64,000 nt of DNA, taken from the NCBI GenBank assembly GCA_040954595.2, contig CM082582.2, positions 3,332,303 through 3,396,302 of the forward strand, in the 5' to 3' direction. The notes beneath the pieces are model-generated. The model did not search any database and was not told the origin of the DNA. It saw only the letters and a program-made list of their open reading frames with translations. This document shows positions 12,001 through 23,600 of this stretch, one piece after another (the stretch's first letter is position 1; every line of letters begins with the position of its first letter). A program made the translations under genes and the position numbers. This stretch comes from Balanoglossus misakiensis. Taxonomy: Eukaryota > Animalia > Hemichordata.

Positions 12001-14793
12001 CCAGCGTCAACTATTTGAAAAAATAATCCAAAACACACAGACGTTTCATACATATGACATATTCGCAGTAACACTCCCATAGAGTATCCATGGTTATGAC
12101 AAAAACCTCATATAAAAGTGCAGAAGAGGTGATTCCATATTTCTTCTCCCTGCATATCATACTCTTCCAGACAAGGTGACGTCCAAATTCGAATAACGAT
12201 ACTGATTCAAATATTCGTTGCATCGGAGTAGCAGAAGACCAACTACTGTCGTATTCAATACTTCATAGACTCACATCTAACATGCTATCTACATATCCTG
12301 CTGCAAACAAGATTGTGTTGTTATGGCTACGACGATATAAATTGTTTTTATCTCGAAAATTCTGCGTTGTTGTATATCCAGCTAGCGCAGTCTTGATCTA
12401 GGTTAAATCTCGCCATGATTACAATTGTGTCTTATCGATCATTTGTTACTGGTTTGTCAAATTAAGGAACAACGTGTGTGGTCTTAGTAGTGATTATAAT
12501 CGAGACAGCCAACACAAGTCGGGCATGTCGGCATTCAGTTTAACCACAGGAATCCCAGCGCTGATAAACAGATCTGATTGTGCCAGTGCTAATTGTATAA
12601 TTATTGATCAGATATTGATTATTAAGTGCTGTTCGTGACTTGCAAAGTGTGAAGACCTTCCACGGGTCAAATTGATATCGTTCTGTCTTCCCAGTGCAAA
12701 CAATACCCGCTATTGTGGTCTGCTTAGTGATACATCGTACATAACATTGTTCTTACATCCAAGTATTTGGCGCATGGAAATAATACGTAAAATCTTGTAC
12801 ATTGGTCATGAAATGTGCAAAACGCATTTTGTGCAAAGAAAATTTATTATGTAATCAATTTCCGGTCCCCCTTTGAAAGTTTCGAAAGGTTTTCTCAAAG
12901 GATCATCACTGTAAGATTAAAAAAATACTAAGACCTGTGCAACTTTTTGTGGCCTGTATTGAAAAGGTAACAAACTCGGGATGCAAGATAGTGAACTTCT
13001 TGTCATGAGTCATTATCATTAGAACAAAATAATATACATGTATTGCCCTAAATATGCATGCCACAATGTAATATCCCAAGAAACTAGGCACCTTATCGGT
13101 GTAAGAATACCCGTTCCCTTCAGCCCATTATCAAGACAACGAACTTATGATCATGTTTAGTGTAGCCCCAAGTTACATTTGTATTTTGCTGACAAATCCA
13201 ACGTGACTGTACAACCATATAGATTTTATGCAGTTTATAACTAGCAGTGACAAATTTCTATAAATGCGCTACAAAATAACACAATGGAAATGATCATAGG
13301 TCGCAGTAACTATCACAATGCGGTACCGATGTCGTGACAAGTTTTATCTAATCTTAAGCACAGCCCCTCACAACAACCTGTTTTTTACATACTTTAGTTT
13401 TCAGGTGAGCTTTAATGAATACATTTAGTTTTAATGATATCTTTAGTACGCTTTTTCATTTGCAACGGATCCGTGTTAATTTTCTACATGGTCGTTAACT
13501 CTTAATCTCCATCGTTACATCGAAGCAAACCGTTACTTTTAAATTCAATAAACTCCAATTATAGCTTATTTGCCATTACAACATACATGTGGAATTTTTC
13601 ATCAACGTCGAGGGAGACATTCATTCGTTGCCAATGTATGTTACAGTTTCCGAACGCGTCACATGACATTGCAATTATAATAGTTTCTTGTGCACTAAAT
13701 CATTTCTTTGCACGAGGATCATTAAATTTTACATTTCAAAGAATTTAAAATAATCATGATGGTTTATGCATTTAATTAACAGTCATTTCACAATTTTGGT
13801 TTCCGCAAAATCCGGAAGAAGTAGTTCAAAAAACGTATTAAGATAAGCATAAAAAATCAAGTTATCATTTTACCGGTAGAATACTCGCCTAGGAATTCAA
13901 CATGTTACATTGCCGGATATTTGAGACTGAGTCTATACAGCCCTTATAACTTTCCAAACATTCAAGGAAGAAAGCCTGATGATCATTTGTTGTACACTTG
14001 TTCAGCATATTGGTGTAAATTTTCGTTTTGCTGTTGTCCTAATTACGTTATTTTCTTCATGGTTTGTACAGTTCGTGCGACTTAACTCCTTTGTCTCCCG
14101 TCTCTTATTTTCATCGATGGATCTATATCCGCATTTGACTACTTTTGTATATTTGACACGTTTTCTGTTAATTTTCATTACAATGATATGGACGTTTAAG
14201 TCCGAAATAAAGTTTGTAATAATAAAGTAAGCATTGGCTCATGCTTTGTCCTGGTTACAACAAGGTTACAATATATGGAAAAACATGAACGCATGTTACT
14301 CCGCCAGAATATCCAAGAATACAGAATGCATGTTAAGGTTGTCTGATTTATTGTCAGCAGTAAGTGGAGTCGGCTCTTTTTTGTTTTACGACTGACAAGA
14401 CTGTATGCGAGACCATCACACGAGAATAGATGTCAAAACATGCGCCTTGTAGAACACGCACACTATACCTTTAAACGCCGGGGATGGAGCTGGACTGTCA
14501 ACTTACAGCCGCAATTAAAGAGACACTGTAGGCAGATTTGCCAAAAGAAACCACAAAATGGGAAAGGGCTTCACTATTTTTTCAACGAGGGTCAGCTCTT
14601 CTCCGCATCACTGCATACGCACCTCAACTTTGGTGTGAAACACGCCGGTCTTTTTCATATGAACCTCTCCGTCATACTCGTACGTGTAGCTTGTGTTCGG
14701 CTTGACAAATATCAGCTTTTGGGGGTTGACCACGGCGGCGGACGTCGTCGCCGCTATGCACATCAGCAGCAAGGAGAGCAGTTGTGCAGTCAT
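77..14793 (-). CDS. Very large secreted multidomain protein, 3'-partial (27 exons, about 1420 aa in window): signal peptide, large-lipid-transfer (vitellogenin/MTP/apoB N-terminal-like) module, amphipathic helical region, LECT2/M23-like domain, SAP motif, Cys-rich module
   Basis: Hand-spliced GT-AG exons (minus strand): 14793-14623, 12010-11914, 11408-11363, 10900-10713, 10147-10038, 9868-9783, 9342-9257, 9091-8967, 8847-8745, 8253-7915, 7688-7554, 7193-6982, 6608-6493, 6235-6081, 5726-5578, 5151-4816, 4687-4545, 4330-4108, 3825-3659, 3299-3137, 2974-2825, 2715-2536, 2200-2035, 1692-1532, 1216-1078, 653-441, 177-77. All phases are compatible, total 4260 nt, no stop. Hydrophobic signal peptide MTAQLLSLLLMCIAATTSA, then SYTYEYDGEV, GEIHTVFY..EVVNMKKTLVGLLS, LGTLATPASQ and IASLGNS..LRRAALAAV, which resemble the LLT beta-sheet and alpha-helical domains. 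Exon 27 ends in a GT donor at 76, so the gene continues past the window start. Confidence 0.85.
1078..1216 (-). other. SAP motif exon within the large secreted protein
   Basis: ESLDNVQLRMDLENRNLSTAGTRDDLLARF matches the SAP consensus L.V.eLk..L..rgL...G.K..Li.RL. Confidence 0.7.
2536..3299 (-). other. LECT2/peptidase M23-like domain within the large secreted protein (exons 20-22), degenerate metal site
   Basis: CGDGFF..PEGIDLEIAVGSEIVTPFDG...VFKGEVLGTV..CSPNIIHVAI..YDPTYFL aligns by eye with the LECT2/M23 pattern H.GvD...Gs.VyAPF.G...kKGe.lG...HvH...DPT.yL. Confidence 0.65.
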
Positions 14794-15570
14794 CGTCGGT
14801 CCTGGGTGCTTGCACGGACCATAGGAGCGGATGGACGTTCGAGGTTTACACCAGTGGACCGACCACTGTGAATGATGGACCTGTGTGGCAACGCGCCGGT
14901 TTTGAGCTGCAGGGTCACCCAGAAGATGATAAGGTCAAGTGGGTTGGTGTTCTCTGGCTCCAGGTGCGTTATCTCGTCTTTGTTAACCATTGATGTTACC
15001 GAAATGAAACAACAAAAAAACATGGCGTTGTCGAACCGGATGCTTAATCGCCATGGCAGCGCATTGTACATTTACATTTAGAAAAGCCAAACTTAGATAA
15101 ATGCTGTTGCTATGCATTAAAAGTTGCAAAGTATTAGGCATTATACATTTAAGCCGACTTTGCATTGGACGTGCCCGGACATCCGGGTGGATTCCACACA
15201 TTTAATATGTTGCTGGGTAGCAATGACTGTCATAGGGTCAATCGCTACAAATAGAACATATGGTATTTGTCCATTTTGCGCTATTGACAAGATAACAGAC
15301 ACAATTGATTTTGTCATGTACATCCTTGTACCAACCCTTGCCAGGTGACTTACAGGTGCCTAGTCACTCCGTTCTCATCGAAAATTCATTTCTCACGCAA
15401 TGTATATTGAGGTGCAAACGGTAAACTTGGATTCTGCACGTATAGGCCAATTCCTGCCATTCGTCATGATAACCATAACTGGACAAAAAGCGATTGATGA
15501 TTAAGTAAAGAGGCCGTGGTTTACGACGATGAGTGTAGCCATCTTCTACGAAAGCCGAGAAGGGCCATCC

Positions 15571-15757
15571 TACTGCGTACTTCTATTTTGGACTGTCGAC
15601 TGCGCACTTCAAGTTTTCGAACAAGTGCGCACGCAGCCAAAACATGAACTACGCACTAGTCGAAAACTTGAAGTGCGCAGTCGACAGTCCAAATTAGAAC
15701 TACGCAGTAAAATATCTGAAGTGCGCACGCAGCCAAAACATGAACTACGCACTAGTC
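15571..15757. repeat. 50-bp inverted repeat (hairpin) whose loop sequence is repeated directly downstream; MITE-like
   Basis: 15571-15620 is the reverse complement of 15660-15709 (48/50 match). The loop AAGTGCGCACGCAGCCAAAACATGAACTACGCACTAGT recurs at about 15719-15757. Confidence 0.8.
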
Positions 15758-15976
15758 TTGGTTCAACCACAGACTCCCTACTGATCCTGCCTATTTATGA
15801 AGAGCAAGACCTTGGCGGGCGAAGATGGCATTACAAAGGGTCGGACTCTATACAGTTGTTTCTGTTGTTATTGTTTGCTGGTGATGAGAGCGACATACAA
15901 CCGTAACGTGAACAATTTCCTTGGATTTTTGCTTTAAACAACGTCTACCAGGTATCATTTCCAGACTCAAGGTACT

Positions 15977-18900
15977 ATGAATATGCGGTTGATAATATTC
16001 TTGTATTTAATGGTCCAAGTTTGTGGTATTGAACTGGAACGAAGATGTAAAGGAAATGAAGTGAACATCATGGTGGTTGAGCAGCAGAAGGAAAGTGTTT
16101 CCGGTGAGAGCATTCAATGCTCGAGATTCGAGTTATTGGATCTTCGGAAAAACCGAACATATTTACACCAAAACAAGTAAGGCTTTTGAAGGAACTCAAA
16201 ATTCATAAAAGACGTAAGAGGGGTAGACCTGGCGGGAAAAAGACCAAAGAAAAAAAGGGAATCAACTTCTCAAATCTTCGATTGATAGAAGCAACAAATA
16301 ACTTGCTCATGAATAATTCATGCCAAGTGAAAATATCGACCTGGAACGCACACTCAGCCAAAAACAAAGACGAGCTGCTACGAGATCATTTGTTTAACAA
16401 TACAATAGACATCTGTGTAATAACGGAAACATGGCTTCAACCAAAAGACCACATCTGGATAGAATGTTGTGATTTGAATAACAACGGCCTGTGCATGTTG
16501 TCTTCTTTTCGCGGGGAAAACAGAAGAGGTGGTGGATTGAGCTTGGTCACGATGGCCCCACTGGTTTCGGAATCGATAACATAAGCCACGTTAAGATCAT
16601 TTGAATATCATCACTGGCGGGTGAAAGGTAAAGATCTGGATTTAAATGTACTGGGTGTCTATCGACCACCTTATAGTCAACAGAATAAGTCAACGATCAG
16701 CGATTTCATGGATGAATTTCTAACCTTACTGGAGTCCTGGCTTCCAGCAAATGATAACATCATTATCATCATGTAGATAATAAAGAAGATCCTGGTGTGT
16801 GTAGTTTCATTGACAGTGTGGAAGCGATTGGATTGAAAATCGGAGTGGATTTTGCAACTCACAAAGAGGGTCATCACCTTGACTTGATAATCACTGAGAA
16901 TGTGAGTCGTACCAACATCCATACAGTTAATGCCGGACCATTCCTCTCTGGTCATAGAGTTGTAACAGGTGTTCTCAGTAGAGATCGTGAAGGGGTTAAG
17001 AAGAAGAAGAAGGAGGTTGAGAGCAGAAACTTTAAGAAAGTGAATAAGGACGATTTCATTAGCGATCTACACTGCATCACCTTAGATACAAATAAAGATG
17101 CTGACTCTATATCTGACCAGCTTCGTAATGAATTGATGACAGTCGTGAATAAACATGCTCCAAAACGTATAAAAACTGTTGTCGAGCGGAATCACCACAT
17201 CTGGTACAACGATGACATAAAAGAGCAGAAGAAATTACTTAGAAATAGAGAAAACATCTGGAGAAAGTATCGCGAATCTCAGCAGTGGATTGCCTATAAG
17301 CGATGTAGAAACATTCTGCATTATATGATCAAAGCCGAAAAAGAAAATCGATAAGTTCTAAGATTTTGGAGTCAAGATCGGGCACTAAGAAATTATACCA
17401 AATCGTTAACAACCTAATTGGAAAAAAAGACATCAACCCAATGCCAGAAGGGAAATCAAACGAAGAACTAGCAAATGATTTTGCTGATTTCTTCCTGCAA
17501 AAAATACTCAAAATCAGAGAATTGTTAGCAAATAATAACAATTTTATCCCGCCATACAGAGAAGTCCCGTCTTTCCACCAATTCGAACTAGTGGATGAGG
17601 ACACCGTTGAAAAAATCATCAGTGAAATGCCGACAAAATCCTGTGAGCTGGACATCATACCGACACAATTCCTAAAAGACGTGCTAAAAGGAATGGTTCC
17701 ACACATTACCAAGTTGATTAACGCATCTCTACAACAAGGTGTGTTTGTGAAAGAGTGGAAGTATGCAGTGGTCAGTCCTTGCTTAAGAAGACTGGACTAG
17801 ATTTGATTTCATCTAACTATAGGCCGGTCAGCAATTTGGCATTTCTCTCTAAGGTCTTAGAAAAAATAGCGTTACAACAATTTAACGAACACTGTAAACG
17901 ATGTCAACTCTTTCCAGAATACCAGTCAGCTTATAGAGTGAATTTCAGTTGTGAAACTGCCTTGCTCAAGATAACTGACGATATTTTGTTGGGAATGGAG
18001 GAACAAAAAATCACAGCTCTTGCCGCGATCGATTTAAGCGCGGCCTTCGATACAGTGGATCACGAAGTATTGTTAAATGTTTTAAAGCAACTGTATGGTA
18101 TCGACGGACATGTATTGGAATGGTTTTCATCTTATCTGAGACCTAGAGGTTTCAAGGTATGTGTAGGAAATGCCTACTCTGACATTAGGAACATAGACTT
18201 CTCCGTACCACAAGGCAGTTGTGCTGGACCAACATTATACACTGTGTATGCGAGTACTCTGCGAAATGTGATACCAACATCAATTGACATACATGGATAT
18301 GCAGATGACCATGCCTTGAAACGTCTATTTCCAGCTAAGTCTATGAGTATGGAATTTGTAACAATGAACGATCTCGAGGATTGTTTAAAGGAGGTTAAAA
18401 TCTGGATGGATGAGAATCGGTTGAAGATGAATGACAGTAAAACAGAATTCATATGTTTTGGGTCAAGAGTACATCTGCAGAAGGTTGTGACATCGAACGG
18501 ACGCCCGTGATAAAATACCTTGGTTTTGATCTCGACGAACATCTGTCGATGAGGAAGAACATCTCGAGGAAGTGCGCAATTGCAGCAGGAAATATTCAAA
18601 GATTGAAGCTAATTAAACAATACTTGAATCTTGATGCAAGGAAAATCATAGCATCAGGCATGATTCTTTCACATTTGGACTATGCTAACTCACTTTATGC
18701 AGGACTTCCGGAAAGCGACATAAAGAAACTACAGCGGATTCAAAACATGGCAGCTAAGACTATCCTGGACAAAAGTAAATATGACAGTGCCACCGAATGC
18801 TTGAAAATTCTACATTGGCTACCTGTGCATCTCAGAATTGATTATAAAATATGTTTAAATGCAATCGTAACGAAGCACCAGAGTACTTAATATCTATGCT

Positions 18901-19360
18901 AACTCCCTCTGTAGTCAGGCGTGTAGGACTTCGGTCAAGTTGTAATTCTGAAAGCTCATACGAGATTCCAAGAACATTTCGAAAACCCTTCGCAAACAGG
19001 GCATTCAGTTTCCAGGGCCCTAAAAGGTGGAATGGACTACCAATAGGACTGAGAAAAGCAGAAACATACAAACAGTTCAAGGCAGACCTAAACACTTACC
19101 TGTTTGGTAAGTTCTAGGCGCCTGTTTACATTTGTTGCAGCAAGTATACATGAACATTGTCTGGGACTGATTCACGCTGAATAGTTAACACTTGGTATGG
19201 ACACTATTTGTACATTTTCATCTGAGGTTATATGTATCTTTTCTTCTTTTTGGCAACATTTTCTCATTTTCTTACTTTGTATATTATTGTAAAGCGGATT
19301 GGATAATGGTTTTCGTTGACACTTCGCTATATAAATTAACTAATTCTAAATTATAAATTC
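15977..19360 (+). mobile_element. Decayed non-LTR retrotransposon (L2/CR1 group): APE endonuclease plus reverse transcriptase, several frameshifts
   Basis: APE motifs STWNAHS, ICVITETWL, RGGGL, YRPP, LDLI; RT motifs NYRPVSNLAFLSKVLEK, YQSAYR..SCETAL, DLSAAFDTVDH, VPQGS, YADD, KYLG; C-terminal LHWLP and AFSFQGPKRWNGLP. Split across ORFs 16117-16584, 16797-17354, 17366-17800, 17755-18510, 18453-18890 and 18851-19117. The 3' tail TGTAAAGCG...CGCTATATAAAT (about 19288-19340) is L2-like. The 5' boundary is uncertain. Confidence 0.92.
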
Positions 19361-20604
19361 TAGATGTTATCCACGGTCTCTCCAGAGACCGGGTGCATCA
19401 TGCCATACCTTTCTTTCCTTTTCTTTCTTTCATTATTTTCGTCTTAGGCTGGAACCGACCAGCCGCTAAAACATATTTCAATTTTCACCCCCCCCCCATC
19501 CCCCGGTATCCAATAGCTCTGTGTTGATCAATTGAAAGCCTGAACCGCTAAAGAACACGCAGAGTTGAACGGGTACAGGACCGTATTGCATGTTTATTGT
19601 GAACAGTGCAATCTTCCAACTAATAAATCAAGTTGACACCATGAGTAAGAAAGATTATTATTCCCAAGAACGTTGGTTAAATATTTTTAATTAATTAAAT
19701 CTTGCACTGGGGTATCCCATCGCCGACTTGTTTGTTTCGAACGGCTTTTAAGCAAAATTTCGAGGCGTAATGACGAATTTACACCCTTCAAAAATACCTC
19801 CCCGTCACTTGACTGCACTGATGACTCTCTTTCAATATGCTTATTTATGTATTATTGCACACAGGACATTGTATTGCTGTACTCAAATATTTTTGATACA
19901 TTTATCTAGCTACGTGCATAGCTACATTCTGTAGCAGGTAACCAGCTACTTGCCTGCCTATGGAAAAACCTTGCTGCACTCATCCTCACTTCCCATTTAG
20001 CGCGCTTCCCATGTGTGCATCGAGAAAGCGTTATGACATTTCTCTACTATTTTCCGCGGTAATAATTTGGACATTTGATATGTGTATGTATACCCCAGCC
20101 TTTATCAATCACTGCCTGTACTGGGCCTTATACTTTTCACTGATAAAGGAACAGACACAAAGAAAAACTTGTTTTTAAAGAAGATGTTGGAAGATGATCG
20201 TAGGTGTAAACAATAAACACTTTCTTTTCCTTCGGGCAACAATTGAAAAAGCCAATCGGACGAACAATTGACACTCTCTAGACATAAACTCCCAGAAAAG
20301 TAATTCGAGGACACGTTTTAGCTTCAAACATGCCGCAGAAAAATCCACCCTGCAGTGAATAATGGAGGGATATTCAATTTTTAACACATTAATCTCCTAT
20401 TGTGGAAATACAATCCATTACAAAGAATTTAATTAAATATACATGTACTTCAGTTAAACACATATAGAGAGTCGTGCGACAAATCTGATTTGACAAAGTA
20501 CCTTCATTTTGACAAATAGTAAGGCACAATGCATTATAGCCTAAATGTGCGGATAAAACGAACAAGTCTATTGGTCTGTCTTTGGGTGGGAGGTGCCGTC
20601 TTTT

Positions 20605-20639
20605 TATAAAGTCTTTTATGCCAAAAGTTGCTGTCAGTT
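20605..20639 (+). promoter_or_regulatory. Probable TATA + Initiator core promoter of the pentraxin mosaic gene
   Basis: TATAAA at 20605-20610 and TCAGTT at 20634-20639, with the A at 20636 31 nt after the TATA start and 43 nt upstream of ATG 20679. Reverse CCAAT (ATTGG) at about 20570. Confidence 0.55.
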
Positions 20640-20678
20640 TTTGGAAGAAAACCAAATTGGCGAAATCGTGCGAACATC

Positions 20679-23600
20679 ATGGACGTGCACCGTTCCTCTT
20701 TTCTATCATTGTTACTATGTTTGTATCTGCAAACCCAATTGATACATGGTAAAACTGAAGTCGTATACGTTGATAACAACACTGATTTCAGTAACGTCCG
20801 ATATGCATACCCAATGCAAACACCGAAAATAATCTGTGGTCTGGAATGCGTTCGAAGAGGAAGGATGTGTCCGTACGTGACGTACGACGATCAAGACAAA
20901 CTCTGCTATTTGCACGGCAGTGGAGAGGAGATACCAGTTGAACGGACAAAGCCGCTGGTTTTCAGACAAGTGGGTGCAAAGGGAAAGGTAATAGTCATCT
21001 TTTTTTCTTGTAATAACATTGTAAATGGCGGACATGACTTGTAACCTTGATTTAACAGTTTATAGTGAGATTACACTAAAGAATGTTGATTGCATAAATG
21101 TTTTCTTCAAAATGAGGTGCTAGAAGTTCCAGGGTGATACGTCTTGCTTTGTTGTCTCCCACCGTTGACGTATTCGCGTCAAACATACATCCCAAACTAA
21201 GAGCGGGCTTGTGGCGTAATAAAGAATTTACAGCCTTAGAATATACCTCCCCGAGACACGAGTGCATTGATGGCTCTCATTCAATTTGGACGTTATTGAT
21301 AATTGCTCAAGGGACAATACGTCAAGATTTTTGATGCATAATAGTTAAGGCTTGCTAACTGACCAGCCATCTGCCTGCTGCCTATTCAATTACCTTTCCC
21401 ACACCCCCACCCCCTCCCCAACCCCTTTCCCATGTAGCACCCTACCTAGTGTGTGCTGTCCAGGTGTGTGTGCATCGTGAAAGTGAAATTCGGAATGTGT
21501 TAATTGATATCGCTATTTTCTGCGGTTGTAATTAGCAAACTTGATACGTGTATGTAATGTATACCTCACCCTTTATTTATCACTGATTATACTGGGCATT
21601 ATACGTTTCGCCGATAAACGAACTGACACAAAGGGTAACTTTCTTTAAAGAAGGTGACGGAAGACGATCTTTTCCTTTGGGCAAATTTTCAAAAGGAAAT
21701 CGTATGAACTCTTGTTAATCCTGAGACAGTAAACCCCCAGAGGAGTAATTTGAGTACACGTTTCACCTTCAAAACATGCCGCAGAGAATCGACTCGACAG
21801 CAAACAATGAAGGGACATTCAATGCTTAGAACTCCGAATAGATAAAACTGTCATGTTATAAATTAATGCACATTCATTTACTATTGTGAGTTAGTAAAGT
21901 GATCCTTAATGCAATACGTTAATTACAACTACTGGACTGTTTGCACTTTGTCCAATGAGCTGTAAAAATTCATTTAAGTTTTTAAAGTTTTCACAAAGAA
22001 AAAAACTGCAATTTCATAAAGTTTCAAGATTATTTAATATTTATTTGCGATAGTGAAAGAGGCGGGTAGCTGTAAAGTAACAACTCAGGTTGAGTTATTA
22101 TGCTCTTTGTAATTTGCCGGTATTACCTTATTGACAGACTTGGACACAGATTATGTTGGAAGTAACCATATTCACGCGGGTATAATGTCTAATCTATAGC
22201 AGAATATTGGTTCCCTAATTTTGATGTATACCCTACTACCCAGCAAAGCGCCAAATCGATATCCTCGATGTACCTATAAAGTATAATAGGTTTTTTTTTA
22301 AAGTCTGCCAATCGCTCCCAATCCTTATTCTGGGACAGACATTAAAAATATGTGAATTTGCTATACATTATTCACACCTTCACCTATATAGGAAAGCTTC
22401 ACGTCGAAAACATGTTTTCTTTTTTCCCCAGGATGTGCAATATGGAAAGCCGTGCGCGAGCAATCCGTGTCATAACAATAGTTGGTGTGTGGCTAAGTCG
22501 CCAACGGATTTCTTCTGTGTTTGTAGAGCTGGTTCAGGGTTTACGGGAGAAAGATGTGATATTCCAGGTAGGCGTATTCACTCGTAGTCAAATGATGTCA
22601 CAGAAATCCAATTGGACGAATTCTCTACTCAAATGCGTTTGAAAGGCGTAAATTATGACTACGTACATTAGATGCTTCAATTGATACACCAATAAATTGA
22701 ATATCAACTTGTGTTGTTTTGCCTTGTTCCAGTACTGCCAGCGAGCTGGGGTATTTGGGCATCTTGGTCGGAATGCACAGTAACGTGTGGCACCGGTTAC
22801 CAGCAGAGAGACAGAATATGTGGAAACATATCGAATGATTTTGGTTACGACCGTTGCAAAGGGCGAAGAAGCGACTATAAAAAATGCAACATTCACAAAT
22901 GTCCGAGTATGTACAATATACATGTAGAGCTATTACATTGTGGAAAACTGTGTGATTGTCACTTTAGCGCTGATTGCTATTTGTTAATCCTGTGAAATTA
23001 GCAACTTATATCATATCAGTCAACGCGATCACTTGACGTAATGGTCAGGCCATCCTTCCGGATAGTGTTAAGCGTATTCCATCTTTAGAACAAAACGAAT
23101 AAGACATGGGCTCGTTCCTCTGCCCGTTTCAGTATCTCCATCAGCAAGAAATTTATTGACGCCACCAGAGTCACACGAAAAGTACCTGCGATATATAAAG
23201 CTTCGACAGATTGCTGAAAACAGAAGATTCTTCGAACAAAATTATTTTGAACCTGAACAAGATCTTCATGTAGGTAAGTACTGTCATACCTGACTTAAAC
23301 AATCTGGCAAACATGTAGTGCGGACATGAGGGCGTGTATTTGCAAGAACCATTTACAACGGTGATTGCTTTCTTTAAAATAAGGTTCTGGAATATATGCT
23401 GTTGTCCGCTCTCATGTCTACGAGAGACCGTTGTACGAGAAGAAATGTTCACATTTTTTTCTCTGTCAAGACTACGAACAATTCCATTTAACCTCTCTAC
23501 ATTTATCTGTCAGATAATGTCTTGTAAACTGAACAATCATCTGTCGATCGCTTTCAGCAGATGGTGGTTGGGGCAAGTGGGGGACTTGGAGTGCGTGCAG

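Noticed and set aside
15571-15757. Repeat-spacer-like pattern resembling a CRISPR array
   Set aside because: Only two direct copies plus an inverted pair, no unique spacers, no cas genes, and a eukaryotic context.
15850-15906. LFLLLLFAGDESDIQP upstream of the LINE, superficially like the 2A 'stop-go' peptides found in some L2/CR1 elements
   Set aside because: It lacks the required D(V/I)ExNPGP motif and is followed by a stop codon.
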